DNA of 63,872 bases, counting the filler, from Choristocarpus tenellus KU-1152 (taxonomy: Eukaryota; Protista; Phaeophyceae), in assembly GCA_964200185.2 (NCBI GenBank). It is 12 parts of 12 records of this genome, joined end to end, with 100 filler letters (N's around TTAATTAATTAA, not from the genome) between each part and the next. Parts side by side here need not be neighbours in the genome. Positions count along the whole stretch, not along the records: positions 1 to 5,771 come from CAXNAD020009793.1; positions 5,872 to 8,514 come from CAXNAD020026016.1; positions 8,615 to 12,982 come from CAXNAD020014876.1; positions 13,083 to 19,562 come from CAXNAD020008047.1; 8 more parts are not named here. One strand, given 5' to 3'. The position numbers and the translations under genes are program-made. The notes beneath the pieces were generated by a model that searched no databases, was not told the DNA's origin, and was given only the letters and a program-made list of their open reading frames with translations. This document shows positions 1 to 13,173 of this stretch, in pieces (position 1 is the stretch's first letter; each line of letters starts with the position of its first letter).

Positions 1-98
1 CACGTGTCGGATTTGAAATCCCAGCAAAAAAAAGAGTCGTTTGACCGAAACGGACGCCCCCTCACAAACCCCCCCCCCCCCCCCAGATACTTTGACCC
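1..98. mobile_element. Terminal fragment of a long CAAAGTATCT-terminus DNA transposon (family B, Sola2-like)
   Basis: Ends ...CCCCAGATACTTTGACCC, the same terminus as at 57453-57471. Confidence 0.65.
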
Positions 99-381
99 CT
101 TTCCCACTACTTGCGTGTAGAAAAGCAGACATCTCACGAGGTAAGCAACAGAGCATGGGAGGAATCATTCAAATACGGCATAGACGACGCCGCAAACCAC
201 CAAGAAAATGTGTGTTTCATAATACTGAGGAAGGCTTTTGTACTCACCTTCTTCATAAGTCCACCCTACAGTACGCGGCAGATGTGCATTTGGCACCGTT
301 GTAGGAAACAAACTAGTCAAAAACACAACGGGTAAAGTGTGAAACATATTGATTTAACGAACACATGAACAACACACTCAC

Positions 382-481
382 TGTGTACAGCTTGAGAATA
401 CGCAGAAACAAAGGCCCTTGATACGATCCCCGCACTTGCCACCACCAGCTGAGCAATCACTCGTGCAAAGGGATTAGCCAT
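382..481 (-). CDS. PAM16: First coding exon of mitochondrial import motor subunit PAM16/TIM16 (partial gene)
   Basis: Minus-strand ATG at 481 reads MANPFARVIAQLVVASAGIVSRAFVSAYSQAVH, then a GTGAGT donor at 381. This matches the Pam16 N-terminal pattern (IAQ..V.G..V.RAF..A). Downstream exons were not identified. Confidence 0.8.
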
Positions 482-3400
482 GATGTTGTTTTTCCTTTAA
501 GTCCCCTCCAGTCTCGCTCAACCCAGACTGTGCAATTGTCGCTTCCCCGATTCCAGATGTTTGGCTCACTGCGATGCTGGCTTGATCACACAACCATTGG
601 GATATTGTTCAGTCGGTGGTGAAGGGTAGAAGGGGAGATGGTTAGGTCATGTCGTTAGAGCTTTCTGAAGACAAAGCAAAATGGTAACATTTCTGGAAAT
701 ATTATTATCTCATGATGTGAGAGAGGTCCGGTGTATGTTTCCATGAAGCCCATCACGTCGCATTTGAAATCGCCTCAGTGATGTCCTCTTCCTGACATTT
801 TCTTGGTAGCTACAACCAGGAGAGATGTGCGAATCAAGAGACAAATACATTTTTTTCTTCGCGCCGCCTTGCTCTGGTGTAGGTTCTCTCATAAGATGAA
901 ATTTGGGGCGTTTGGACATCGTGAGTTTTGAAATGTCCAATCCTGGACAAGCTGATTGCATCGACGGTAAAGTTGAAAATGGATTCAAGGGAGGTAGGTC
1001 ATTCCACCAAATCCGTCCCAGCCCCGCCTCCCCAAGGTTGTCCTTTCAGGATCCAGATAGTAGGTTTTCCTGTCGGTGCATAAGCCGATACCTTACCCCT
1101 CGAACGAATCGTAGTATGCCTTGCTGCACACACAAATATGTGATTGTACACATGCGACGAGTTCTGGCAGCGCCAAACCACTTACTACTTCAAATTTGAG
1201 CTTAGAGCATTCAAATCCTCAACAGTCACCGAAAATCGATTGCAGGCTACATGGTCTAGAGATGAGCACCAGCAAGAGTAAGCCCAGAAGAAAGGAGAAT
1301 ATCTGTGAGGGGGGTCGTCACCATCCCTTTCAAAAGTCACTGGCGGTATCACAAGTTCCACGCAAATACTCGCCATCTCGGCGATTACATCTAGCTTCGT
1401 CGATACACCAACTGGCTTAAACGGATGATATGAACACACAGAGAGAGAGGGGTATGTATAACCACATGTTCTTCACGTCCACACCAACTACTGCTTCCCT
1501 TAATTTCCTTGTTGGCTTCAATCCACATCAAGTCGCCCACTCATTAATTCCAGCGATGAAATATAACGAAAGGTCGTCTGATAAGATAATCCTTGCACTC
1601 ACGATATTGAATACAGCACTATGGGCCAGTGTAGCCAGAGATAATCTATCAGCAGGGATCCTTATGATGTCTCACGTCGTCGTTGTAATACTACCATCAC
1701 AAAAATTGTCCTTCATAACGCGCGTCCAACGCGTCGCGCGATTGACGTGGGAGGTGAAGGTTAAATGATGAGGACTGTTATGAGACCAATTCAATATTAT
1801 TTCAATAACGCCATTTGTAACACTCGTAACTGTATCCTTCGACAGGAGGAATCAGAGTAGGAGGTGGTCGCTAACGGGTTCCTCATTAAGAGTAGGCCGT
1901 GTGGACATCACAATGCCACCAATGCGTCAAACACAGAATTACCATTGGTCAAAATGGAGATGCCTTCCAAAAGAGTACCGTGCCGGATATAATCTGATAT
2001 GTAAACACGATTTGTTACCAATCACTGATACTCACGTCTACAACACGTCTTCATCTTTCCATTACTTAGTAGACAACTTATTCTTCAGGAAGTGTGCACA
2101 TATCGTTATGGTTCGTCTTTAAAATAATATGGTTGGTATTATGAGGAACATGACAATCTGTCACACTCCCTGGAAGTATAGCGTTGAAGAGTAATTGAGT
2201 CAAACCAGTTGAGAGATAGCAGGGTTACATTTTTGAGGATTCAAAAAAAGGGGGAAAGGACGCAATTTTGTACTATTTTGCGCACATCGTTGCGCACATC
2301 AAGAAATAAAATAGAGTGTATTCCATAGGGTAAGAAAGACGGCTTAGGATGCAAAAGGGGTTCAAATCTGCCTACCTCTCAATTGGTTTAGCTCATTACA
2401 TAGTAAATTAGATCCCTGGAGAGGTTACATATGCCTACTCACTAATAACTTCTTCTGAACGGCGTTCCTCTCACTAAAATAAAGAGTGGTAGTGCCTAGC
2501 AACTTGACAACCTAGTAACCTAGGCGAAATATTTATAGCAACCTAGTAACTAAATAAAGTCACCGACAGTATGCTTCTTGTCTCTGTTGCGACAACAAAA
2601 CGAATCGATGTCAAAAACGTTTTAAATGAGGTAGTGATTTTGCTCGATCAGTGCTTTGAAATATATGAAATCCTCAACAACGCAACCTCCTGCAGCAGGT
2701 AGCTCTCGATTCACAAATTGAACATCACAACAAGCCCTTCTAGATGTTATTGCGAGGTTTAGTAGTTTATGAGCAGCTCGATTGATAGTTGTTCAGTTGC
2801 TCGCATAGCCCAGCCCAACAGTGCATGGAGACATGGCACGCAATTCATTGGTAACGAATCTAACAAATTGGTGTCATGTTAACAACAGCAGCAACCAGGA
2901 GGTTTACATAATGTGGCTGACTGTCGTTGTGGTTCTTGGGTTGCTGAGACAGGTCATTGTGTAATAAATCATTTTCTACGGAATGTATTGACAGGGGCAC
3001 AATCATGCCTAGACTGAGCGGTAAACTTCTCCAAGCAGTACCAACATTATATTTTCGCAAACAACAACTACTACTACTACATCAAGCGCCGTGTATGATA
3101 TTGTGCGTGTTCAGGTCATAACAGGAAGCGATGCAAATATCTTCAACCGTCAGCTTTCTTGAAGTTTTGGACCCAGACCCATTAAAAAAATTTATCAATA
3201 TATTATATATATATCGTAAAGACCTGTTTTCTGCATCAGGGATTTCCCCCCTGATAATCAAATTCACAAGTACCTGCTTTGCTATGCTTTTTCACCATCA
3301 TTTTGTATATTGTTTTTTTTTCTATGACACAATGAAAGTATTATGAGTTAGCAATGAGTAACTTGGTCACAACACTCGATCACCTGCCCTATGCACGAAG

Positions 3401-5748
3401 CTGTGCAAGGCGCCCTATGAGAGACGAGCACGAATTAATGCTATACTGCCCCCAGTCCCCCCCGCTATGATCTCAAAAAGAGGCTAGAAGAGGTGCTTCT
3501 GTTACACCTTTCTTTTGATCTGTGGTAACACCTCCGTTGCTGCTGGCACATTGTCTTGCAGATAGCTGCTTAACATTGACATTGGATTACTCAGCTCATT
3601 AACGATAAGCAAATCTAGAAGAGGGTAGACCACATAGATGTGGGTTCTGTATCTCATTGGGATCACGAAACCAGAGACACTAACACAGAGCCCTCTACTT
3701 CCGTGTTGCTGTTTTAGTCCTCGGGGTAGTATACCTGACTGATGAGTCAGATCTTAGCAAATCAGTGATGGGTTAAAACCCCCTATTTTTGTGGAAGCGT
3801 GGAAATAAGGAGGGGGTGAATTAGACTAAAATCGAAGTGTCCTTGTTGTGCTTCAAAAACAGTACATAGTGAGTTCTACAGCGATAATGAACAACATGCC
3901 TCTACGAGGGAGGTTGTGCATTTTGAAATGTGTGGTTGGTGTTATAACTTTACAGAGCTGTACAAGCATTCTTAAATGTCAACACTGCCGTGCTCACCTT
4001 CCTAATCACATATACTGATGACACCATTTAACTATTTTGACCAACTTCTACTATGTTTGATTAGATATTTTTCACTTTTGGAGTGCGATGGAAGTCTCCC
4101 ACCCATCAGGAGACGATGTCAACTGTCTCTCTGGGCAGAACCATGCAATATGTAGATGTGACGCTCCTCCTTGGTCAAGATTCAACCCATTCCCCTCCTC
4201 AAGGCAGGCACCCAGCAGGCAGGGCTTTGTGCCTCTGCTTGTACCAGGAATGCAGTCAATATACTATGACTGGTCTGAATACTAGTACTATTAATATGTG
4301 TGGTGCTATTTTGATTACTCTGTGAACAGGTCGTACAGTACAGCAGTTATTCAATATTTCCTAGCAATCTGCTTCAGATATAAGGATGCGGAACAGTGTC
4401 TCCAAGTAGAACACTGTTGCCTTGTGCAAAGTGCTAGGGTAATCACCGTACAACGAAAGCCATGCATCACATCATAGAGTCCATCCAACCGGCCCCACAT
4501 ACTCTAATTTCTAAGCACCCCCCTTTCTCCCGTTAGAGAACCTCAGAAAAATTAGAGATATGTAATGCTACAGAGCGGTACAAAACATCCTGTAGTACTG
4601 TAGTGCTACAAATGGTCATACAATTCTAGCCTTATCCTTTCATAGGGTCAAGGAACGCGTCTTACTCATGTGTAGCCACACATGGGTCTCGGTGCACACG
4701 TTCAGCCTAGATATTGTGTAGCGGGAAAAATTTTGTTGCATGTGTCATCCCTATTAAGTCATTTACAGTATACCACCCCCCTTCTCCATATATAGCCAGA
4801 AGCACTGCTTGAGGGTTGGCACCTGTGATTCAATTGTAGAGGCAGGTATGCCTTGGTCCGTTCAATGGACTGCTGCCCATGTATTGACAAGCTCCATTGA
4901 GCACGTTTTCAATTATGAGTCATAGTATCCTGGAGGGGCATTTAGTGTAAGGGTCACCTGTGATTGCCTTCCGGTAAATGTACTTCTAGGATTCTGAAAG
5001 GAGATTTGACTTTTGTGAACAGATGTTCGTCGCCTGTTATACAGTCACAGTCTCCTGAAGGGGGTTAGCCGTATTTGATATAGGTGATTAGCATGTGTAT
5101 TGCTTCTCGCTCTCTAACCAGTACGAACAGTAATTTTGCGCGCGGACAGCCCAAAAAGGGAATGTTCCATTCGCCATAGTTGCAGTGTAAAATATGTAGG
5201 TTTAGAATACTGAAAAGGTTTCAGTTGTGTTCCAGCTTCTGAAAACTCGATCTTTCATACTACGATCGCGAGTCTCTCACCCATCTTTGCGGATTGATAT
5301 CGTACACTTGAACTTGAGAAGGATTATTCATTTATCAACTATCCTGATTAACACCTATTTTCGTTGGTTAGTAGGCTATCGATATATCAGAGGCTTTATC
5401 TGTGAGCCTCATCATCAGCCTACAGGGTTGTGGATTGGAGCTACGTATCTCGTTAAGGTAAGTTGTGGAGCGTTTACAACTCATATCGGCGTCGGGAAGA
5501 GGATTTTACAACATCTTACACTCAAGAGGGTCTAAATCGACACCCCTCTAGAATGTTTTGTCTCTAAGTTTATAATATGTAGATGATGAGCGTGATGTGG
5601 GTCTCTCTACTGGGTATACCCTCCCATGTGAGTCGACCACCATGTTCTCTGTGCGGATACCAGAAGAGTGCCAAATGGGAGCCCTTGACTTACGAGGTTT
5701 CACTGCAAAATGCATCTTTCTTTAACCCCTCTTGAGTGATCAGTTTAA

Positions 5749-5968
5749 CGCTCAAAGTATCTGTGGGGGGGNNNNNNNNNNNNNNNNNNNNNNNNNNNNN
5801 NNNNNNNNNNNNNNNTTAATTAATTAANNNNNNNNNNNNNNNNNNNNNNNNNNNNNNNNNNNNNNNNNNNNCCCGGAGTTTTTAAGGCCAAGTCATTTTC
5901 CATCACGTGGTCAGGGTCCAAATGGACACCCCAGTACAGACCCCCCCCCCCCCCAGATACTTTGGATC
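5749..5968. mobile_element. Two family-B transposon termini on either side of a contig spacer (5749-5771 and 5872-5968)
   Basis: CGCTCAAAGTATCTGTGGGGGGG before the spacer; GTCCAAATGGACACCCC...CCCCAGATACTTTGGATC after it. Confidence 0.65.
5772..5871. other. Artificial contig-joining spacer; others at 8515-8614, 12983-13082, 19563-19662, 32844-32943, 41510-41609, 44429-44528, 47739-47838, 51765-51864, 57353-57452 and 60216-60315
   Basis: Identical 44N-TTAATTAATTAA-44N linker, which places stops in all six frames, occurs 11 times. Confidence 0.98.
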
Positions 5969-7080
5969 ATGAAGTGCTAAGTTTGGCTTGATAGTGTTGA
6001 TGGGTTCAATCCCTCTAGGAACAAGAACCCGCGTCTCGTCGGAACTGGTTCTAGTGTTGAATGTTTGGCAGTGCAAAAGCAATAGTGCGGTACCATTTTG
6101 CTGGTACCAGTAGAACCGGACTGGTTCGGGGAGACTGGCCCTGATAAGGCAACCTTGGGAACGGAAGTAAAAAAGAACCATGCTTGTATGTTTGATGGAT
6201 GTTGACTGTTCCATGCTTGCTATGAACCATGGGACGTAACTATTTTAGTCTCAGAACTGCATCCACTAACCTGCAAACAACGCAGCACATGTATTGCGGC
6301 TCAAGTGGATGTACCCCTCACGTTATGCAGGGGAGTAAGGAACAACAAAGAGGAAGCAGAGGGGGAGTGCCTTGCACACCTTCTCCTACTCCTCTTGTTT
6401 CTTAGCACGGTCAGGTTTGAGTCTGCGAGCCGTCTCTCATGAGTGTGTAGAGTTGCTTGTCGTGTTTTGGTTCCACTGAGCCTTTTGCGAATGGGATGCT
6501 CCAAGCGGTACAAGGTACAAGGTAGAAGCATGCACGGTTCATGCGTGTGAACCTTGTTCTGGTGTCTCAGGGTTACTTTTTTACAATGCCATCAACACTC
6601 CATGACTGCGGTTGATTGGTCAAACTAACATTAACATTTCAGGTCCAGGAATTTGTTTGTTGACTGCTTGTTGTACCGTTAGGGTTAGGGTTAAAACTTG
6701 ATGAAGCATATGCTTGACAGCATTGGAAGCAAAGGGGACTGTGTTGGGTTAAATGTGTGACGACTATGACTATTGTTGTATTGACAGGACAACAGTCCTT
6801 CAGATGATGTATCATACCCTCAGGTCAGAGATACAAGCAAAGACTTGCTTTGAACACAGGTGCCCTGGACTGCAACAGCAGTACCAACATTTCTTTTCAG
6901 TACTTCAATAATAGATACATATATAGTAGTAATATGGGTTAGGGTTAGGGTTATAGGGGACATGCGGCATTCAGGGCGCAACATCTTACTCCAATGGAGA
7001 GCCCGTATGTTTTTCAGCGATCCAAGGGTGTGTATCTTGGATTGACTCCCTAACCCTTCCTTATTTCCGGATGTTGACAG

Positions 7081-7206
7081 GGTGTGGAGAAGATTGCATG
7101 CGTGTCTGTAAACGATGCCTTTGTGATGCAGGCCTGGGGAGAGTCTCAGGGGGCGGGAGACAAGGTGACCATGTTGGCTGATGGCAACGGAGACCTTGCA
7201 GCAGCG
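7081..7206 (+). CDS. Internal exon of a type-II (PRX5-like/Redoxin) peroxiredoxin
   Basis: CAG|exon|GTGAGA; 126 nt reading [52 protein letters not shown] and LADGNG are diagnostic PRX5-family motifs. Confidence 0.93.
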
Positions 7207-9020
7207 GTGAGATAGTAATTATAAGTGATAATATAAATATACATGCATATATATATATTTATTTATTTGTATTGGTGTCTACCTGTATGGTTCATTAGTA
7301 TTTGTAGCTGAGGGGGAGGGGAAGACAATAATGGGAGTTCCTAGCCATGGTTTTTGTTGATTTAATATTGATGGCACTGCCTCAGTAGCAACTGGATAGT
7401 GTATCACCACAATCTCCACTGACTGTGTATTGAAGTGCAATTGCCCCATTTTTATCTTTTTCTGTGAGGGAGGCGGTGTATGCCCTTAAGGTTTTAGGTT
7501 TTCAAGGACAATGCAAAGGCGATGCTTGTAGCTTGAACATTCGTATCGGAGTGCATGCTGAGTTTCTCGTATGTCTTACAGACGCATCCCGGCCCTTGTA
7601 GAGTAGCTCATTCTGTATCTCTGTGTTTGTTTGTGTTAGTGGTAAGTGTAGAGTGGTTCTGTCTGTCTGAACCCCTGAAAGTTGGCCTTGATCATCCTCA
7701 GAGCACACTGTTGGTGTATACTTTATGTTTGTGCTTTCCCGACCAGGTTCAAATTGGGGTTGTGTTCGTTCCCTGCCCCCCTGTCCCCAATTCCAATTCC
7801 AATGTCAATGCCAAGGTTTTTCAGTCTATACACACACAAGTGTAAAAATACTAGAGTTTTGGTGTAGTTCAAGTGCAATCTCAGTCAACGTTTCTCAACT
7901 TTTTTTTTCTCACAACTGCGGTAGGTGCGACTAGAAATGAAAAATCAACTTCCTTTTTAAGAAAAAAACTATACTAGCAACAGAAAAATAAAATAAAATA
8001 TATATATATATATATATATACCTATTCTCACTATCTTGAGTGTTGGGGGCGTATGAGACCAGCAGAGTTAATGACTATGTGGTCCGAATAGACAACTTTA
8101 TGGACTCCCAATCGATGACCTCATCTTCCTGTTGTGTTTGTGAAACTGTCTGTGTGTGAAACTGTCAGCTGGGGGTGGTTGTTGACAAGAGCGGTTCTGG
8201 GATGGGTAACCGGAACAAGAGGTTCATGGCGATAGTGGACGGAGGTGCCATCACTCATGCTGCCATTGATGATAAGGGGATGGTCACCACAGGGGCGGAG
8301 CATGCCTTGGAGGTGGGCTAGTAGGCAGGGCCTCTGGCAAGGGGTTTAGTTTAAGGGATTTTGTATATGTTGCACTGGCCTTTGTTGTCAAGGACGTGCT
8401 GACATTATTGTTGTCATTGTTGTTGTGGGCAGGGAGAGTGTGCACAGGTACTCTGGGGGGAGAGGGGGGGGGGGGGGGGGGTAGAGTAGAAAAAAAAAAG
8501 GTACTTCCAAGGGGNNNNNNNNNNNNNNNNNNNNNNNNNNNNNNNNNNNNNNNNNNNNTTAATTAATTAANNNNNNNNNNNNNNNNNNNNNNNNNNNNNN
8601 NNNNNNNNNNNNNNGGGGGGGGTCAGTATCCATTCGAGGCCTGTGTAAACTTTTATAAACCTTGAGTGACTTTCATATAATCTGGTTGAAAGTTTAAGAT
8701 GTAAGATGTAATGTCAATTTGCTTCATCTGAAGACACCTTCCATTTCCATCCCTAACCCTAACCCTAACCCTATCCCTGGCTGAACCAAACACTAATGTA
8801 ATATCAATTGCAAGACGGTTATGAAATAGACTGAATGGAATTATCTTGTAACATCTCATGTAGTCCTCAATGGACAAGTTGTCCTTAGCACACGTCTCCT
8901 CTAAGATACCTACATACTATGGGTCTCTCTCTCTCTCTCTCTCTCTCTCTTCTGTTTGGCACTAACTTGTTTCATGTTGCATGTCTTGTGTGTGGTGTTG
9001 CTTTGTATATACTGTTACAG

Positions 9021-12000
9021 GTTGCTAAGGGGAGAGATACTGGTGTATCACAGGTGACAGGCTTCACGGCCAAGATTAGCATGGGCAATGGAATGCAGGT
9101 GAATGAACAAGTAATGCTGTGCTATTTGTTGTGGCTCTTGGATTATGGTCTGAAGCACAAGCAGACTTGGGGAAGCTGCTCTAGAAACTTCCTGTGGTTG
9201 ATGTGGTTGATATGGTGATGTTTGGTACAAGAAAAGGGAGTCTCCTGTTTACAGTGTCAAGAGAGACAAGTACACTTTTGTTGAGTTTTGTAGAGTTTGC
9301 TTGAATCATTTTAGATTATTCAGGAGAGTGGTTGTCTGTTATCTATTATGTTAACTATTGACCAACAAAACTCTTCGCTGGGATTATTATTATTATTGTT
9401 GTTGTTAGTAGTAGTAGTAGTATGCATATGATAGTGTATGCTATGGTGGCAGTGTAAAACGAAGTCAATTTATCTTCAAAACACTTGAACAGAGTTATTC
9501 TTAGATGTCCATCTCTTTCTTGGTGTTCTATTAGTAGTAAACCCCACAAAGCCACTCAGTAGTGGTGATATAGAGGAATAATAGGTAGTAAGAGATAATA
9601 AGAGGAAGTAACAAGGCAAAGGAAAAGCAACAACCTCTCATATATCTGTGGTATTCATGTAGTGAACTTTGTTAACGTTTGATATTTGATATTTGTATTA
9701 AGTGTTTTTGAAAGACATACAGTTGGTATAATGAGGTATTGAAAGGTCCTATCCGGTACAATTTCCAAGAATTTTCTTTGAGGAATCTGATGACCACCAC
9801 GCGGTACATTGGTACTTTGGCCTTGTGAAGTTCTTGATAGCAAGTATCAGGTACTGTCAATACTGTCACTGTCAATAGTTCAGTACAGTATAGTACGGTA
9901 CCCTGTGACATTTCATCAGGTTGGTTTTTTCTTATATTGGTAGCATAGTTCACTGCATTCACACATATTTATTTGATGAGAGTAGTTTCATCAGTATTAT
10001 CCTTTCAAGGTGTGGATAGTCTTGGGGTTAGGGTTAGGGTTAGGGTTAGGTGGGGGGTACGTCATTGGAGGAATATGTAGTCTGAAGGAAAGATCGTCTT
10101 GTTTATGTCCTGTCCGGTCCTTGTCTGCAAGTACTGTGGGAAGAAAGAGTAGAATATACATTATTATTATTATCTATTGCTATTATTATTTTATCTCTTT
10201 TAATATTTTTTTTAATGTTTAAATCTGACTATATATAATGTTATATGGTACTGATCGATGGTGATGTTATAGTCATTTTACTTAACATCTACTATCATTT
10301 TACTTAACACCTTAGAACCTTCTGACCAAGACTTGATCATCATAATAATAATCATAATCATAATCATAATAACGATCATCTCGTAGTGCAAAGGGTTAGG
10401 GTTTATGTCTCCTATCAATGTCAAGACATGAAACATGCATTGGTTGTCTTCTACACTGTGACATACATCACTGACAACTACTGTGTCTCTGCTTGTCTGC
10501 TTGTGTGTGTCAATATATGTCAATATATGTCAGTGCCGTTCAAGGGAGGTTAATCGACTTGCGTCACAGCTAGACTTCTTCCGTCTTTTGTCCTTCTACT
10601 TCAGTAGTGTGGGAGGTTTCATGAGCCAGGTACGACCAACACAGCATATATATGTGCTGTGTTGGTGGTGTATGTGACTGTAAGAAGTGTGTGTGACTCT
10701 AAGCAGTGTATGTGTCTATGCGCTTGGGGTGAAAATATATTTGTTTTGTTAGCATAATCTTGTGATAGCAGGGGGTTTAGTGTGTTCATGAAAGTACAGG
10801 CATATGGGTACAGCCCTTCACTGAATGAGGTCCTTGTGAGTTTATGAAAGGTGATGCATCACACTGAACCTTAACCCTAACCCTATGACTTGATGCGATT
10901 GCCTAACTGGCATGTAAGGTACAAGACATACTGTGCTTTTTTTGACTCCCTGATTGGCATGGCATGTTTAATAACATGTTTAATAGCGCATGCTACACAC
11001 ATTTGTATTAGGACAACCAAAGACAGGTATTAAATGAGTGTGATCCCAATCTCATACTGGCAAATGGGGTCTATGCTCCTCGAGGGTAACGTGTTTGTTG
11101 CAAAATTATCATATTATTGATTGTTCAAGATCTTTTTCTGTTATGGTGTGATATTTGAACTGATATTTGAACTGGGGGTGGGGGGTTCACCGCCTTTGAT
11201 CCATGTAGCACTAAACTTGATATTGGTGCCAAACCTAGCCTTGGCAGCTGTGTATAAGTTATGTTTGAGGGTTAGGGTTAGGGGTCTCGCGGTGTATTCC
11301 ATTTCTATTCCATTTCCATTTCTATTCCTATTCCATTTCTATTCCTATTCCATCTCTATTCTCTTCAATAACTTGTTGTAATAAAATATACTATTAATAG
11401 GGATATTGTAGTATTGTTTTGTGTGTGTCTGTTGATGAGGTGAATCCTGTTTCTAGTGCTATTGTTGTTATTTTTGTTATTTTTAGTTTGTTGCTTATGG
11501 GGGAGACTGTGCATTGGGTGGGTGCATGTAATGGCTATTGTTTCTGTTGGTATATAGAGTAGTGTGTTCTCAACCCTTTATGTTAGTCTGATAGAGATAT
11601 CCTTTGTTGGATGATTGTAGTGTTGCTATGTATGACAGTATGCTGTTTTTTCCCTAACCCTAACCCTAATCCGCCTTTTTTGACTGTTGTTGCTGGTGTT
11701 CCAATCCCCCCAACCCCAAGGTGCTCTTGATTGCAGCCGTGTACCTGTACATATACACCAAGCTATACATTGTGTTCGAGCCTACCTTTAATGAGATTGA
11801 TGATGTCGAAGTGTTGGAGGTGATCTCAAGTCAGTTCCTCTTCCAGCTGGGGTTCCTGCTTATCCTGCCCATCCCCATGGTGCTCTCACTTGAGCAGGTA
11901 TGCTGTTGATATAACTCCAGCCTGTAAACTTGAGAAGAAACTTTACTATTATTATTGTTCTTATTATTCTCATTAACCTTTCAGTGCTTTTTTTTCTCTT

Positions 12001-12635
12001 TCAAAACATGAACACTTAACTTTTTGTGTTTTTTCAATACAGCAGGCTATATATATACCATATTGTACGTGAGTATGTATATATATATATATGTATTTTA
12101 ACAAGGTATCACCTAAGGGTTGAATGTCGCAAGATTGTATACTGTAATGTGAGGCAATCCCATCACTGTACAGCTCTTGTCTAAAAAGCTCAAGTGGTAA
12201 TGATCTAAGTAGTCTGACACGTTGTGACAGGCCTTATCTTGGTTACACCATTTCATCATTACCACTACCACTCCTAACAAACATGTCTGTCGCGTGTTTT
12301 ACTTTACTGACTTTAGTGCTCTACAATGAAGGAACAGTCATACCACCTTTATCTGTTACAGTCGTACCACCTTTATCTCCCTCTCTTGCTCTTCCACGAT
12401 GATTCCCCCTCCCCCCCCCCCTCATTCCTTTGACGTGTATTGTTCATCTGTGATGTGTGCTATGTGATGTCAGGGTATGACGAAGGCCTTGGCAACTCTT
12501 TTCAACATTCTGTTGCGACTATCTCCTTTTTTCTTCGTATTCGCTACGGGTACAAACGCCTACTATGTCAATAGTGCCATAGAGGCAGGGCAGGCCAAGT
12601 ACCAGGCTACTGGACGTGGATTTGTGATTGCTCAT
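9021..12635 (+). CDS. 1,3-beta-glucan (callose) synthase, GT48 family; four internal exons (9021-9098, 10534-10629, 11721-11897, 12474-12635)
   Basis: All four exons have AG/GT ends and join in phase 0: VAKGRDTGVSQVTGFTAKISMGNGMQ / CRSREVNRLASQLDFFRLLSFYFSSVGGFMSQ / TM-rich exon with SQFLFQLG / ...GQAKYQATGRGFVIAH. KGRD, SRE..RL...LDF.R.LSFY and AKY.ATGRGF are hallmark FKS/GSL motifs. Confidence 0.95.
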
Positions 12636-13082
12636 GTGAGTTGGTGTTATTTTGTTTTTATTAGTGTTTTCTTATTTTAAGTGTTTTCAATGTAATGATA
12701 ATTCTATTGTATTTTTTGTTGTACGTGCGTTTGCTCGAATCGCAGGGTTAGGGTTAGGGTTAGAATTAGTAATGGATAATCCCTTTATCTGTTGTGGCTT
12801 GCTGGGCTGGGGGTTTCATCGTGTGGGCAAATGTATGGATTTTTGTTCATTTTTATTTTGATAGATGCAACAGACTTACATTGTTTTTTTATAATGTAAC
12901 AAAGTATTATTGTACTCCTTGTGTGAAATAAGGCAGGGCCTTCGAAAATATAATATTTACATTGACTGATTCAGGTAGGGGGNNNNNNNNNNNNNNNNNN
13001 NNNNNNNNNNNNNNNNNNNNNNNNNNTTAATTAATTAANNNNNNNNNNNNNNNNNNNNNNNNNNNNNNNNNNNNNNNNNNNN

Positions 13083-13173
13083 CCGAAGTATGCAGCCAAA
13101 TCATCCAAAAATCGCGACATGAAAAATTGACCCAAAATGGACAGCCGCCACCCCCCCCTAGATACTTTGAGCC
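13083..13173 (-). mobile_element. Terminal fragment of a family-B transposon (B1 type)
   Basis: Reverse complement of the end seen at 47668-47738 and 51720-51764 (GGCTCAAAGTATCT..GGGGGTGGCGGCTGTCCATTT). Confidence 0.75.

Noticed and set aside
700-2130. Coding-like stretches and an ACGCGT-rich patch (about 1718-1740) upstream of PAM16
   Set aside because: No consistent splice chain or recognisable motif could be built.
5816-5827. Recurring TTAATTAATTAA palindrome inside N runs
   Set aside because: Artificial linker; it also means neighbouring contigs cannot be read as a gene cluster.
9071-9086. AAGATTAGCATGG resembles part of U6 snRNA
   Set aside because: It lies inside the GT48 coding exon (KISMG) and the rest of U6 is absent.
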